Part shown: one piece after another, positions 7,901-17,752 of the stretch
Numbering within the stretch: position 1 is the first letter of the stretch
Layout of the letters: each line of letters begins with the position of its first letter
From: Candidatus Dadabacteria bacterium
Lineage (GTDB): Bacteria; Desulfobacterota_D; UBA1144; Nemesobacterales; CSP1-2
Assembly: GCA_963805855.1 (NCBI GenBank)
Contig: CAWDVW010000007.1
Span: 1-64,000, forward strand
Direction of reading: 5' to 3'
Length of the DNA: 64,000 bases
Made by a program: the position numbers and the translations under genes
The notes under the pieces: generated by a model
The model's database searches: none
What the model saw: only the letters and a program-made list of their open reading frames with translations
Told to the model about the DNA's origin: nothing

Positions 7901-10398
7901 TGAAGGCGGTTGTTCTCGCAGGAGGTTTTGGTACTAGGATTAAGCCTCTAACCTATTCGCTGCCCAAGCCTATGCTCCCGCTCGGGGGTAAGCCGATCAT
8001 TGAGCATGTAATAAATCTTATCAAGCAAAATGGATTTAGTGATCTGGTATTCTTGCTGTATTTTCAGCCGGATGCAATTAAAAATTACTTTGGAGACGGA
8101 TCGACGTTAGGCGTTAAGATAACTTATATGATCCCTCCGGAGGATTATGGTACTGCGGGAGCGGTAAAATATGCCTCTGATAAATTGAAAGGCGACGAAC
8201 CTTTTCTGATTATAAGTGGAGATTTACTTGCGGACGTTGATCTCGCGGCAATGTTTGCATTCCACAAAGAAAAAAATGCAATGGTAACTATTGGCTTGAC
8301 CTCAGTCAAGGATCCTCTGCAGTTTGGAATAGTAATTACGGACAAGGATGGCAGGGTTGTGAGATTCCTTGAAAAACCTGGTTGGGGAGAGGTATTTAGT
8401 GATTCTATAAACGCCGGAATATACATAGTTGATCCTGCGATTTTAGACTATATACCGGGCAAACAGTCATTTGATTTCAGTCATGATTTGTTTCCGAGGC
8501 TACTTGGTGAAGACAAAGCAATTTATGGGTATATACTGAGTGGCTATTGGCGAGATGTCGGAGATCCATCCTCATATGTACAAGCGAATATGGATATTCT
8601 GGCTGGCAGGGTTAATGTAAAGGGTTCAGGAAGCAGGCTGGATGTGGTTGGTAAAGATATATGGCTGGGGGAAAATGCAGAAATTGCTAACGATGCCCAG
8701 CTTGAGGGGACTGTCATAGTTGGCAGAAGTGTAAGAATCAATGGCGGTTCAAGGATAGCCAATTCTATAATAGGAAACAGCACGATTATTAGCCAAAACG
8801 CTAATATTATAGACAGCGTAATATGGGATGATACGAACGTTGGCGAGAGTACTAGTATCGATAGAAGTGTTATATGCTCCAACGTAAAAATTGGTAAGGA
8901 TGTCCTAATTGAACCCGGCGTAGTTGTCTCAGAGAATTGCTCTATAGGGGATGAGGCTGTTCTAAGAGAGGGTGTTAAGATTTGGCCCAGTAAGGAAATT
9001 GAATCAAGAGCCATTGTATCTTCAAACCTCATCTGGGGTGAAAGATGGAAGAGGAGCTTATTTGAGGAATCCAAGGTGTCCGGCCTTTCGAATTTTGAAC
9101 TTACTCCTGAATTTGCAGCGAAGCTTGGCGCAGCATTAGCCTCTTTTTTACCTAAGGGTTCTTCGGTGCTGATGGGAAGGGATACATATCGGGCACCTAG
9201 GATGATAAAGAGGGCTTTTGTCGCAGGGGTCCTGTCAGCAGGAGTTAACGTAAAGGATCTGAAAGCTGTCCCTATTCCTATTCTCAGATATAAGCTTCAG
9301 ACATTTGGTGAGGTCGGGGGGGTTTATTTCAGATATTCACTTGAAAATCCAGAGGTAACCGAGATCCTATTTTATGATTCACACGCGTTCGAGACTTCTG
9401 TATCCTTTGAGAAGACCTTCGAAAGGATCTTCCATCGAGAGGATTTTCGACGGGTATCTGAGGGTGGTGTGGGAAGAATCAGTGACCTTAGCGGTATTGT
9501 CGATTTCTATAAAGAGGGCTTTATAAGTTCTGTAAAAGAAGAGATCATTAAGGAAAAGAAATTCAGAATTGTCGTGGATTTCTCCTTTGGACCTTCTTCG
9601 GAGTATTTTCCCTCAATCTTAAATGAATTGGGTTGCGAGGTAATCAGCCTCAATGCATACACGGTTGAACATGGCAGTGGAGTTGATCCTAGCAGAGCAC
9701 TGGCACTCCTATCCAGTATTGTTCAAGCAACTGATTCGACTGCTGGCTTCTGGCTTGATCCTTGGGCTGAGAGAGTATACTTCGTAGATGAAAAAGGGAG
9801 AATTTATAGAGATCTCGATTCCTTCTTTCTTTTGTTTAACCTGATCCTAAAAGCCGAGGAGTCAGGGGTGTGTGCTGTTCCTTTATTCGTCCCCTCAAGC
9901 GTTGAGTATATCGCGAAAGAAAATAATTTTGATGTCGTAAGGACAAAAAATAGCATCAGGGCACTATCTGAGTCGGCAAGGAATAGAGATGTTAAAATAG
10001 CAGGCTATCCGGATGGAAGGTTTATATTCCCCGAATTTCAGATTGCTTACGATGGGATGTTTACACTTGCTAAAATGCTTGAGGTTATGGCTGAACTGGA
10101 TATAAGGCTGTCAGAAGTCTCCAAGGCTATACCTAAGTTTAATTTTCATCACGCAACTATTCCTTGTCCCTGGGAGGCGAAAGGGGTGGTGATGAGGATG
10201 GCATCTCAAGAGGCAATGGGCATGGAAGCATCTTTCCTCGATGGCGTAAAACTTTCATTTAATGGTTCATGGGTTTTAATATTCCCGGATCAGTATAAAT
10301 CATTGATACATCTATATACTGAAGCAAATACGGGAAATGAACTATCTAATTTAACAAATGACTATACTACAAAGATTGAGAATTGGATAAAAACTTAA
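7900..10398 (+). CDS. Mannose-1-phosphate guanylyltransferase-like NTP transferase + hexapeptide repeats + degenerate phosphomannomutase-like domain
   Basis: 'AVVLAGGFGTRIKPLT..LPKPML', 'GTAGAV', 'RFLEKP', 'YWRDVG', left-handed beta-helix region, C-terminal PGM/PMM-like region. Confidence 0.88.
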   Translation: MKAVVLAGGFGTRIKPLTYSLPKPMLPLGGKPIIEHVINLIKQNGFSDLVFLLYFQPDAIKNYFGDGSTLGVKITYMIPPEDYGTAGAVKYASDKLKGDEPFLIISGDLLADVDLAAMFAFHKEKNAMVTIGLTSVKDPLQFGIVITDKDGRVVRFLEKPGWGEVFSDSINAGIYIVDPAILDYIPGKQSFDFSHDLFPRLLGEDKAIYGYILSGYWRDVGDPSSYVQANMDILAGRVNVKGSGSRLDVVGKDIWLGENAEIANDAQLEGTVIVGRSVRINGGSRIANSIIGNSTIISQNANIIDSVIWDDTNVGESTSIDRSVICSNVKIGKDVLIEPGVVVSENCSIGDEAVLREGVKIWPSKEIESRAIVSSNLIWGERWKRSLFEESKVSGLSNFELTPEFAAKLGAALASFLPKGSSVLMGRDTYRAPRMIKRAFVAGVLSAGVNVKDLKAVPIPILRYKLQTFGEVGGVYFRYSLENPEVTEILFYDSHAFETSVSFEKTFERIFHREDFRRVSEGGVGRISDLSGIVDFYKEGFISSVKEEIIKEKKFRIVVDFSFGPSSEYFPSILNELGCEVISLNAYTVEHGSGVDPSRALALLSSIVQATDSTAGFWLDPWAERVYFVDEKGRIYRDLDSFFLLFNLILKAEESGVCAVPLFVPSSVEYIAKENNFDVVRTKNSIRALSESARNRDVKIAGYPDGRFIFPEFQIAYDGMFTLAKMLEVMAELDIRLSEVSKAIPKFNFHHATIPCPWEAKGVVMRMASQEAMGMEASFLDGVKLSFNGSWVLIFPDQYKSLIHLYTEANTGNELSNLTNDYTTKIENWIKT

Positions 10399-10429
10399 TA
10401 TGTATTGTTAATCTTAGTTTGAAAAAGGT

Positions 10430-10840
10430 GTGATTAACCCCTTTGATATGAAGATTTTACAAATTCAAAAAAAATTGTTTTTATTGTCGATAATTTTAGG
10501 TCTAGACCTATTATCATATACGGTTCAACCTTACATCCCGCCATCGGATAAGCATTCCTTATCATACACCGTTGAAAATTGCCCATCTCACAGAAATCGA
10601 AATCCAATATCGGCATTAGTCCTGTTTTTTATAAAATCAGATATGGATGAAGGCGGTCAAAAGCATTGCTTTTGTTATACGTGCAATTGTGGAAGAGTTT
10701 CATTCTTATTTGTTAACCCATCATTAAATTTATCAATAGATGATTACCTTACCTGTCTTTTACCACTTGAAATTAAACCTTCCTCAAAAGATTTAACTGG
10801 TTGTATTGCCGTTCGTTCCCCTCCAATCTATTTGAGTTAA
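10430..10840 (+). CDS. Putative DUF2946/CruR-like Cys-rich leader protein
   Basis: N-terminal hydrophobic stretch, 'HCFCYTCNC', C-terminal 'RSPP'; upstream of the OMP and copC; start uncertain. Confidence 0.55.
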   Translation: MINPFDMKILQIQKKLFLLSIILGLDLLSYTVQPYIPPSDKHSLSYTVENCPSHRNRNPISALVLFFIKSDMDEGGQKHCFCYTCNCGRVSFLFVNPSLNLSIDDYLTCLLPLEIKPSSKDLTGCIAVRSPPIYLS

Positions 10841-10977
10841 AAACTGCCAAGCACTGTCTCAATTGTTCGGTAATTGAAAAATTATCCTGAGAATCGGGAC
10901 AAGTACGTGAAGGTGTATCCCTAAAACCGATCAATTGAACTAAACAGAATCGAATTCTTTCAGAAAGGAGGACTCGA

Positions 10978-11958
10978 ATGGCGTCGAATATATCGATTTT
11001 AATCAATCTGGTACTATGTATAATGGTCTTTACCTTTTTGTTTTTGCTTTCAATGCCTGTTAATTCCTGGGCTCATGGCTTTGCGGGTAAGAGGTTTTTC
11101 CCTACTACTATATCGATTGAAGATCCTTTTGTGGCTGACGAACTTTCTTTTATCTTTAACTACCTAAAGGAATCCGGTGAGGGAGATGAACCACCAGTGG
11201 ATGCGTTTGAACTCCCCGTAGAGTACACAAAGCGGATAACTCCACATATTGGTATTTCGGTTGGTGATGATTTCAGACGGCTGGACCCAGTCGGAGAAGG
11301 CTCTGAGTATGGTTTTGGGAACCTCGAAGTGGGGGCGAAATATCAGTTTTTCACCAGCGCACCGCATGAAGCACTGTTCTCGGTTGGAGTAGGAGCTGAG
11401 ATTGGTGGTACAGGGAACAGCTCTGTGGAAGCCGAACCATTCTCCACGATTTCGCCCGCTTTCTTTTTCGGCAAGGGTTTTGGAGACCTGGCAGAGTCGC
11501 TGAAATATTTGAGGCCCCTGGCAATTACAGGACTATTAGGTCTAAACTTCCCAACCCGAAGCAGTACCAGAACTCAAACCATTGATGAAGAAACATTGGA
11601 GATTGAGCCAGAGTTAGAGCGAAATCCTATAACCTTCAGCTATGGATTTGCGATAGAATACAGTCTTCAATATCTGCAATCGTTCGTAAAGGATGTGGGT
11701 CTTGCGGCCCCATTCAGCCGTATGATCCTTCTTGTGGAGCTTCCATTTGAAACGGGTTTGAATCGTGGGAGCGGCGGTGAAACAGCCGGTTTTATAAACC
11801 CGGGAATTATATGGGTGGGGAAATATGTTCAACTCGGAATTGAAGCCCAAATACCGATCAACGACAGGTCGGGTAAAAACGTTGGCGTTCTGGGAATAAT
11901 TCATTTCTTCATCGATGATATGTTTCCTAATAGCCTAGGGCGGCCAATATTTCAATAA
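10978..11958 (+). CDS. Exported probable outer-membrane beta-barrel protein, CopC-associated
   Basis: Signal peptide ending 'SWA|H', 'HGFAGKRFFPTTISIEDPFVADE', amphipathic strands 'GNLEVGAKYQF', 'VQLGIEAQIP'; AGGAGG RBS. Confidence 0.65.
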   Translation: MASNISILINLVLCIMVFTFLFLLSMPVNSWAHGFAGKRFFPTTISIEDPFVADELSFIFNYLKESGEGDEPPVDAFELPVEYTKRITPHIGISVGDDFRRLDPVGEGSEYGFGNLEVGAKYQFFTSAPHEALFSVGVGAEIGGTGNSSVEAEPFSTISPAFFFGKGFGDLAESLKYLRPLAITGLLGLNFPTRSSTRTQTIDEETLEIEPELERNPITFSYGFAIEYSLQYLQSFVKDVGLAAPFSRMILLVELPFETGLNRGSGGETAGFINPGIIWVGKYVQLGIEAQIPINDRSGKNVGVLGIIHFFIDDMFPNSLGRPIFQ

Positions 11959-11969
11959 AAGGTGCCAAA

Positions 11970-12350
11970 GTGAAGAAAACCGTTGTTGCAATTTCTCTGA
12001 TAAGTGTAATAACCATTCTCAGCATAAAGCCAGATCGGGTCTTGAGTCATGCGCTCTTTAATCATTCTGAGCCAAGGGTTGGAGAGACAATCAGTAGCTG
12101 TCCAAAGCAAGTTCGTGTATGGTTTGATAGTCAACTGGAACCTTCCTTCAGCACGATTCAGGTAGAAAACCAAGGTGGCAAGCGTGTCGACAATCTCGAT
12201 GGGCATGTTGATTCATCTGACGCTACAATTCTCGAAGTAAATCTGCCATGCCTTTCTCCGGGAACTTATCAGGTACTCTGGAAAGTTGTTTCTTTAGACG
12301 GACACAATACGAATGGCAGCTTTGTCTTTACAATCGAAAAGTTAAACTAG
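11970..12350 (+). CDS. copC: Periplasmic copper-binding protein CopC
   Basis: Signal peptide then 'HA..HSEP', 'YQVLWKVVSLDGH..NGSFVFTI'. Confidence 0.92.
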   Translation: MKKTVVAISLISVITILSIKPDRVLSHALFNHSEPRVGETISSCPKQVRVWFDSQLEPSFSTIQVENQGGKRVDNLDGHVDSSDATILEVNLPCLSPGTYQVLWKVVSLDGHNTNGSFVFTIEKLN

Positions 12351-12360
12351 TGTTCTCTGG

Positions 12361-12394
12361 CTCGGAAGCACTGATCTTGCTTCGGGATTCTTTT
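12361..12394 (+). terminator. Probable intrinsic terminator after copC
   Basis: Stem GAAGCA/TGCTTC with GC-rich flanks, followed by 'attctttt'. Confidence 0.45.
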
Positions 12395-12405
12395 ATTAAC
12401 AATAC

Positions 12406-12733
12406 CTGTTGAATACCCCGTAGTTTGTACTGCGGGGATGGAAACAGATTGCACGAAGGGCAGAAAGGAATACAGTACACTGATATGACTATGTAAGAAC
12501 AATCATGACGCTTCTAGAAATAGTCAATTAGGTAGGAGCGGCTTCCAGCCGCGATCGCGCCAAGATGGCGCTCCTACAAAGGAACTAGGGGGTAGTTTTG
12601 CCTGATTGGTATTTTGGAGTGTATGGTGTTAGCTAAAAAAGGAATTGATAAGTGAGGACGGAGAGTCTATCGGACTGGGAAGCAATTAGCTTTTATTTTT
12701 AGATGCCCCGTGGCTCTGCCACGGGGAGCTTAC
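12406..12733. mobile_element. Non-autonomous IS200/IS605-family remnant
   Basis: Subterminal hairpins CCCCGTAG-tttgta-CTGCGGGG (12416-12437) and CCCCGTGGC-tct-GCCACGGGG-AGCTTAC (12706-12733); no intact ORF between them. Confidence 0.55.
12532..12577. repeat. GTAG-type REP doublet (REPIN-like)
   Basis: GTAGGAGCGGCTTCCAGCCGCGA directly followed by an inverted copy (reverse complement GTAGGAGCGCCATCTTGGCGCGA). Confidence 0.75.
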
Positions 12734-12941
12734 TTTTATCAATACTTATACCTGTTTAGTCGGGATAAAGGAAGATGTTGTCACTACGCATGATGGGTTA
12801 GATATAAAATTTTGGATCATTTTGAGTTGTTACACGAAGCGGCTCAATGTAGAATATTCATCGGCAAGTGTTAACTTGATAATTCCCTGAAGTTTGCTGC
12901 AGAGCTATTCATTGAATTTTCATATATAAGAAGGGATAAAG

Positions 12942-13244
12942 ATGATAAAACATATAGTTATGTGGCGTCTGAAGGAGGTTGCTGATAATGCAACTAAGCA
13001 GGAAAATGCAGAAAAGTTAAAAGAGAAACTCGAATCATTGAGAGATAAAATCGTGGAGATTAAGGACATTGAGGTTGGGATCAATGTAAATTCCTCTGAA
13101 GCTGCTTTCGATGTTGTCTTGTATTCAGAGTTTGAAAATCTGGAAGCACTTAATGTATATCAGAACCACCCAGAGCATAAAAAGATTGTGGATTTTGTTA
13201 CTCGAATAAGAACTGATAGGTGTGTCGTCGACTATGAGAAGTAA
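12942..13244 (+). CDS. Dabb family (stress-responsive A/B barrel) protein
   Basis: 'MIKHIVMWRLK', 'FDVVLYSEF', 'YQNHPEH', 'VVDYE'. Confidence 0.9.
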   Translation: MIKHIVMWRLKEVADNATKQENAEKLKEKLESLRDKIVEIKDIEVGINVNSSEAAFDVVLYSEFENLEALNVYQNHPEHKKIVDFVTRIRTDRCVVDYEK

Positions 13245-13308
13245 GTTGGGGGATTAATTAGAATCGAGTTTATGAATGGTTACGATTAACTAGATTCGAT
13301 AAAAATCA

Positions 13309-13337
13309 TTGACACCGTTTTAAAAAGGTATTATATT
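13309..13337 (+). promoter_or_regulatory. sigma70 promoter
   Basis: TTGACA-17 nt-TATATT upstream of the ORF at 13382. Confidence 0.6.
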
Positions 13338-13381
13338 CGGAAAGGATAGAAATAAGTAATGGATCTGGAGGATCAGAAAAT

Positions 13382-13648
13382 ATGAAAAGGGTCATCGTAA
13401 TTCTATTGCTGGTCGTAATGATTTCTTCTACTGCGTTTTCTCAAGTCGTGAATCGACAGATAACACATTATAATCCTTCTCCCGATGCGCTTCATCCCTT
13501 CAAACTGGCCAGTTTAGTGATAAGACCACCGATTGGTCTGTTGAGCATTTTTGTAAAGGGTGGTTATTGGGTGCTCGATTCTGAACCGATTAGGCGGGCT
13601 TTTAATATCGATTATGATACGTCGATGACGCTTGATGAAGACTACTGA
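13382..13648 (+). CDS. Small exported hypothetical protein
   Basis: GGAGG RBS, Sec signal peptide 'MKRVIVILLLVVMISSTAFS'. Confidence 0.7.
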   Translation: MKRVIVILLLVVMISSTAFSQVVNRQITHYNPSPDALHPFKLASLVIRPPIGLLSIFVKGGYWVLDSEPIRRAFNIDYDTSMTLDEDY

Positions 13649-13825
13649 GTGATTAGTAATTAATCGAGATAAAAACATCGCCTCTTATAACAGCTTTTAA
13701 TTGTATTCTTACCGACCAAACCACCTTTTAGATCGATATTTTATGATCGGTTAGTTGTCTGTAATAACCACCCTACAAACCCAATCCACTAACATCTTTT
13801 AATAGATCATATAAAATATTTTGTT

Positions 13826-15643
13826 ATGGGCGATATCAATGAGTTGTTAAAGTCTATTCCCAGCGATCCAGGCGTTTATTTCATGAAGGATAAGAGGGGA
13901 AAGATTATCTACATTGGTAAGGCAAAGAACTTGAAAAATCGTGTTCGGTCGTATTTCCAGGCCGGTGGTTCGGGTCAGCGTCCCCAGGTTCCCTATGTCG
14001 TCAGACATGTTTCCGACTTGGACTATCTTGTTACCCGAGATGAGCGCGAAGCTCTGATTGTAGAGAACTCGCTGATAAAAAAATACAGACCTAAATTCAA
14101 TCTTCAATTAAAGGACGATAAGAACTATGCTTCTCTCAAGCTTGAAACCTATGGGAAGTTCCCGAGACTAACCTATACTAGAAAGATCCTAAATGATGGA
14201 TGTTTATACTTTGGACCATTTGCATCCGGGGATGCATTGAGGAAAACGAAAAGGCTGGTTCATAGGATTTTCCCACTTCGTGATTGTACTGATACCAAAT
14301 TCAAAAGACATTCTGAGAGGCCTTGCCTCAACTATTTCATGAAAATTTGTTCGGGGCCATGCGCCGGTAAGGTGAGCGAAAGTGAATACGAAGAGATTGT
14401 TGAACACACTAAGATGTTTCTCAGAGGGAAAATTAAGGAGATGCTTCGTTTACTCAGGGAAAATATGGTTAGGGCTTCCGAGGAGCTCAGGTTCGAGGAT
14501 GCCGCTCACTTCAGAGATCAAATAAACTTTCTTGAAAAGCATCCCGACGTTCAGGGTCTCATCTCTGCGACCCAAACTGACAACGATATAGTTGGATTTT
14601 ATAGAGAATCGAACACTGTGGAAATCGTTGTATTATTCTCGAGAGGCGGAACGATTATAGACAAATCGGAGTTTTACTTTAGTAATGCGAGCTGGGAAGA
14701 TGGTGAGACGCTTCGAGAATTTCTTGGTCAGTTTTACGAAAACGATAGATATATACCCAATCGAATCATAATACCTGTAAAGTTTGAGGGAATGAATACT
14801 TTTTCAGAATGGCTTTCCGAAAAACATGGGAAGAAGATAGAAATAGCAGCCCCTAAAAGAGGACCAAGATTAAAACTCGTTGAGGTGGCAAATAGGAATG
14901 CTCAAGAGCTTTTCAAGAGAATGTTTGCAGATAAACAAAGAAAACTCCAAATACTTCAGTCTATTAGGCATGCTTTTTCTCTTAGTCGCGTGCCGGAAAA
15001 CATTGAATGTTATGATATATCAAATACACAGGGTAGTCTCGCTGTAGCATCTATGGTTAGGTTTGAAAATGGAGAACCGACAAAGAATAAATATAAGAGG
15101 TTTAAGATTAAAACGGTATTTGGGGCGAATGATTATGCGATGATGTACGAGGTTCTTTTAAGAAGATTCAAAAGAGCCAATCAACGGAATTGGGAGGTGC
15201 CTGATTTAATATTGGTTGACGGCGGCAAGGGCCAAATGAATGTAGCTCGAGAAGTTTTAAGTGAGATTGGGATCCTAGGTAAGGTTGACTTGGCTGCAAT
15301 TGCTAAAGCGAGACTAGATGGAGAGAGTGATAAGATTTATCTGCTTGGACGTAAGAATCCTATTGTATTTCGTAAGAACTCATCTGAACTTCTGTATCTG
15401 ATGAGAGTTCGCGATGAGGCTCATAGATTCGCGATTACGTTTCATAAGAGATTGAGAACCCGAAGGTCACTTAAATCTGAGTTGGACTCAATTTACGGGG
15501 TTGGGGAAAAACGAAAAATGACGTTGCTTAAGCACTTTGGAAGTGTTTCAAATATAATAAAGGCTTCAGTCGAAGATATTCAATCGATACCTGGAATGAA
15601 CCGGAAAATTGCCGAGGCGCTCAAGCAACAATTATCCCGTTAG
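13826..15643 (+). CDS. uvrC: Excinuclease ABC subunit C
   Basis: GIY-YIG 'PGVYFM..IIYIGKAKNLKNRVRSYF', 'ECYDISN', 'PDLILVDGGKGQ', 'RDEAHRFA', HhH C-terminus. Confidence 0.97.
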   Translation: MGDINELLKSIPSDPGVYFMKDKRGKIIYIGKAKNLKNRVRSYFQAGGSGQRPQVPYVVRHVSDLDYLVTRDEREALIVENSLIKKYRPKFNLQLKDDKNYASLKLETYGKFPRLTYTRKILNDGCLYFGPFASGDALRKTKRLVHRIFPLRDCTDTKFKRHSERPCLNYFMKICSGPCAGKVSESEYEEIVEHTKMFLRGKIKEMLRLLRENMVRASEELRFEDAAHFRDQINFLEKHPDVQGLISATQTDNDIVGFYRESNTVEIVVLFSRGGTIIDKSEFYFSNASWEDGETLREFLGQFYENDRYIPNRIIIPVKFEGMNTFSEWLSEKHGKKIEIAAPKRGPRLKLVEVANRNAQELFKRMFADKQRKLQILQSIRHAFSLSRVPENIECYDISNTQGSLAVASMVRFENGEPTKNKYKRFKIKTVFGANDYAMMYEVLLRRFKRANQRNWEVPDLILVDGGKGQMNVAREVLSEIGILGKVDLAAIAKARLDGESDKIYLLGRKNPIVFRKNSSELLYLMRVRDEAHRFAITFHKRLRTRRSLKSELDSIYGVGEKRKMTLLKHFGSVSNIIKASVEDIQSIPGMNRKIAEALKQQLSR

Positions 15644-16554
15644 TGTCCGATACAAGTCTCGAGTATGGCTTGACCAACTATCAATCTATTAGCAGCCTGT
15701 TCAAAAACGATTGATCGGGGACCATCGACGACGTCGTCGGTTATCTCTTCTCCCCTGTGTGCTGGTAGGCAATGCATTACCAATGCGTTCGGTTTGGCGG
15801 AAGAAATGAGGTCTTTATTCATTTGAAACGGTTTAAACAACGTTGAAATTTTTCTTCTCTCTTTTTCTTGTCCCATGCTTATCCAAACATCTGTGTACAA
15901 GACATCCGCGCCTTCGATTGCCGCTTTGGGATTATTTGATATTTCTATTTTCCCATTTTTTAAACTTTTTGCATTTTTTATTATATTCTCATTTGGCTCA
16001 TATCCCATCGGGGTCGCGATTGATACATGAAATCCAATAATTGCAGCTGCGCCGACGAGTGTATTTGCCACGTTGTTGCCATCCCCAATGTAGGCGAGCT
16101 TCATTTTTTCTATATCTAATCCCTTGTCCTTTAATGTGAATAAATCAGAGATGATTTGACACGGATGCTCCAGATTGGTAAGTGCGTTAATAACCGGGAC
16201 AGAAGAGTTAATCGCAAATTCATTAACCCTTTCATGATCAAAGGTTCTTACGATTACACCATCAAGATAAGAGGAGATAACTCTCGCCGTATCGGCCACT
16301 GACTCGCCGCGCCCGAGCTGCAGGTCGCTTGGGTTAATGTATAAAGCGTACCCTCCAAGCTGATTGATTCCCACCTCGAAAGATATCCTAGTTCTTGTGG
16401 AGAGCTTTTCAAAGATCATTCCAACAGCCTTTCCTTTGAGCGTATCTACTCTTTTCCCTCCTTTTTTTAAGTTCCTTAGTTTGAAGGCCCTATCTATAAT
16501 TTGTTCTATTTCTCGTTTTTCGAGGTCAAAGATGCTGAGCAGACTTTTAGCCAT
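15640..16554 (-). CDS. argF: Ornithine carbamoyltransferase
   Basis: 'STRTRISF', 'HPCQ', 'DVWISMGQE', 'MHCLPAHRGEE'. Confidence 0.96.
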   Translation of the reverse strand: MAKSLLSIFDLEKREIEQIIDRAFKLRNLKKGGKRVDTLKGKAVGMIFEKLSTRTRISFEVGINQLGGYALYINPSDLQLGRGESVADTARVISSYLDGVIVRTFDHERVNEFAINSSVPVINALTNLEHPCQIISDLFTLKDKGLDIEKMKLAYIGDGNNVANTLVGAAAIIGFHVSIATPMGYEPNENIIKNAKSLKNGKIEISNNPKAAIEGADVLYTDVWISMGQEKERRKISTLFKPFQMNKDLISSAKPNALVMHCLPAHRGEEITDDVVDGPRSIVFEQAANRLIVGQAILETCIGH

Positions 16555-17752
16555 TTAGTATCTCATCAAATGAATCTTCTAGTTTTTCTATAGCGAACTC
16601 AATTTCCTTACTGTTTACTATGAGGGGGGGTAGTATTCTTATGACATTCTCGACTGTCAGAATTGTGATTAGACCCTTTTCCATGCATTTACTCACTACT
16701 TCACTTGCTTTTTCTTTACTCTTCAGCTCCAACCCGAGTATAAGACCCTTTCCCCTCGCTTCCCTTATTAAGGGGGAGTATTTTTTCTCTAACCTTTTAA
16801 GTCCTTCTAGAAAGTATACTCCCATCTTGGCGGTATGGTCGAGAAGACCATTATTTATGATTGTGTTTAAGACCGCGCTTCCTATATGCATTGCGAGGGG
16901 ATTACCTCCGAGGGTGGACCCATGGGATCCGGGTGTAAAAGATATTGCAACATCATCACGCGCAAGAAGGGCTCCACAGGGAATTCCTCCACCCAATGCC
17001 TTAGCTAGGGTCATGATATCTGGTTGTATTCCTGAGTGCTCATAAGCGAATAGCCTTCCTGTTCGTCCGAGCCCAACTTGGACTTCGTCAAGGATTAAGA
17101 GCACCTTCTTCTTAGTGCAGATTTCTCTCACTCTTTTGAGATAATTGTCAGGCGGAATAACAACTCCATTCTCTCCCTGTATAGGTTCGAGGATGATTGC
17201 ACAAACCTTTACGTCGTCTAGCGCTTTTTCGAGAGGATCTATTTCACCATAGGGGATGAACTTAAAACCTTGAAGGAGTGGTTGAAATCCCCTCTGATAT
17301 TTCTTCTGGCCGGTTGCGCTGAGAGCACCCATAGTTCTACCATGGAATGAGCCTCGAGCTGCAACAATCTTGTATCTATGACCATTTTCCTCACCCCATT
17401 TCCTAGAAAGCTTTATAGCGGCTTCATTTGCTTCGGTCCCGCTGTTGCAGAAAAAAACCTTGTCTGCGAAGGAGTTTTTAACCAGGATCTCGGCTAGATC
17501 GGTTTGTTCTTGTATTTGAAATAAGTTACATACTGTAAGCGTTTTTTTTGCCTGCTCGTTTAACGCTTGCAATATGGCAGGATGACGGTGTCCTAAATTG
17601 GTAACGGCTATTCCAGACGTAAAATCCAAATATTTTTTCCCGTCATTACTCCACAACCAGCATCCTTTTCCACGTTTGAATGCAATTGGGTATCGACCAT
17701 AAGTGTTCATCAGAAATCTTTGAGATTTTGAAACCAATCTTTCGGTACTCAC
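16547..17752 (-). CDS. argD: Acetylornithine aminotransferase
   Basis: '[11 protein letters not shown]', 'SFHGRT', 'EPIQGE', 'DEVQ', 'LAKALGGG'; between argB and argF. Confidence 0.94.
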   Translation of the reverse strand: MSTERLVSKSQRFLMNTYGRYPIAFKRGKGCWLWSNDGKKYLDFTSGIAVTNLGHRHPAILQALNEQAKKTLTVCNLFQIQEQTDLAEILVKNSFADKVFFCNSGTEANEAAIKLSRKWGEENGHRYKIVAARGSFHGRTMGALSATGQKKYQRGFQPLLQGFKFIPYGEIDPLEKALDDVKVCAIILEPIQGENGVVIPPDNYLKRVREICTKKKVLLILDEVQVGLGRTGRLFAYEHSGIQPDIMTLAKALGGGIPCGALLARDDVAISFTPGSHGSTLGGNPLAMHIGSAVLNTIINNGLLDHTAKMGVYFLEGLKRLEKKYSPLIREARGKGLILGLELKSKEKASEVVSKCMEKGLITILTVENVIRILPPLIVNSKEIEFAIEKLEDSFDEILNG

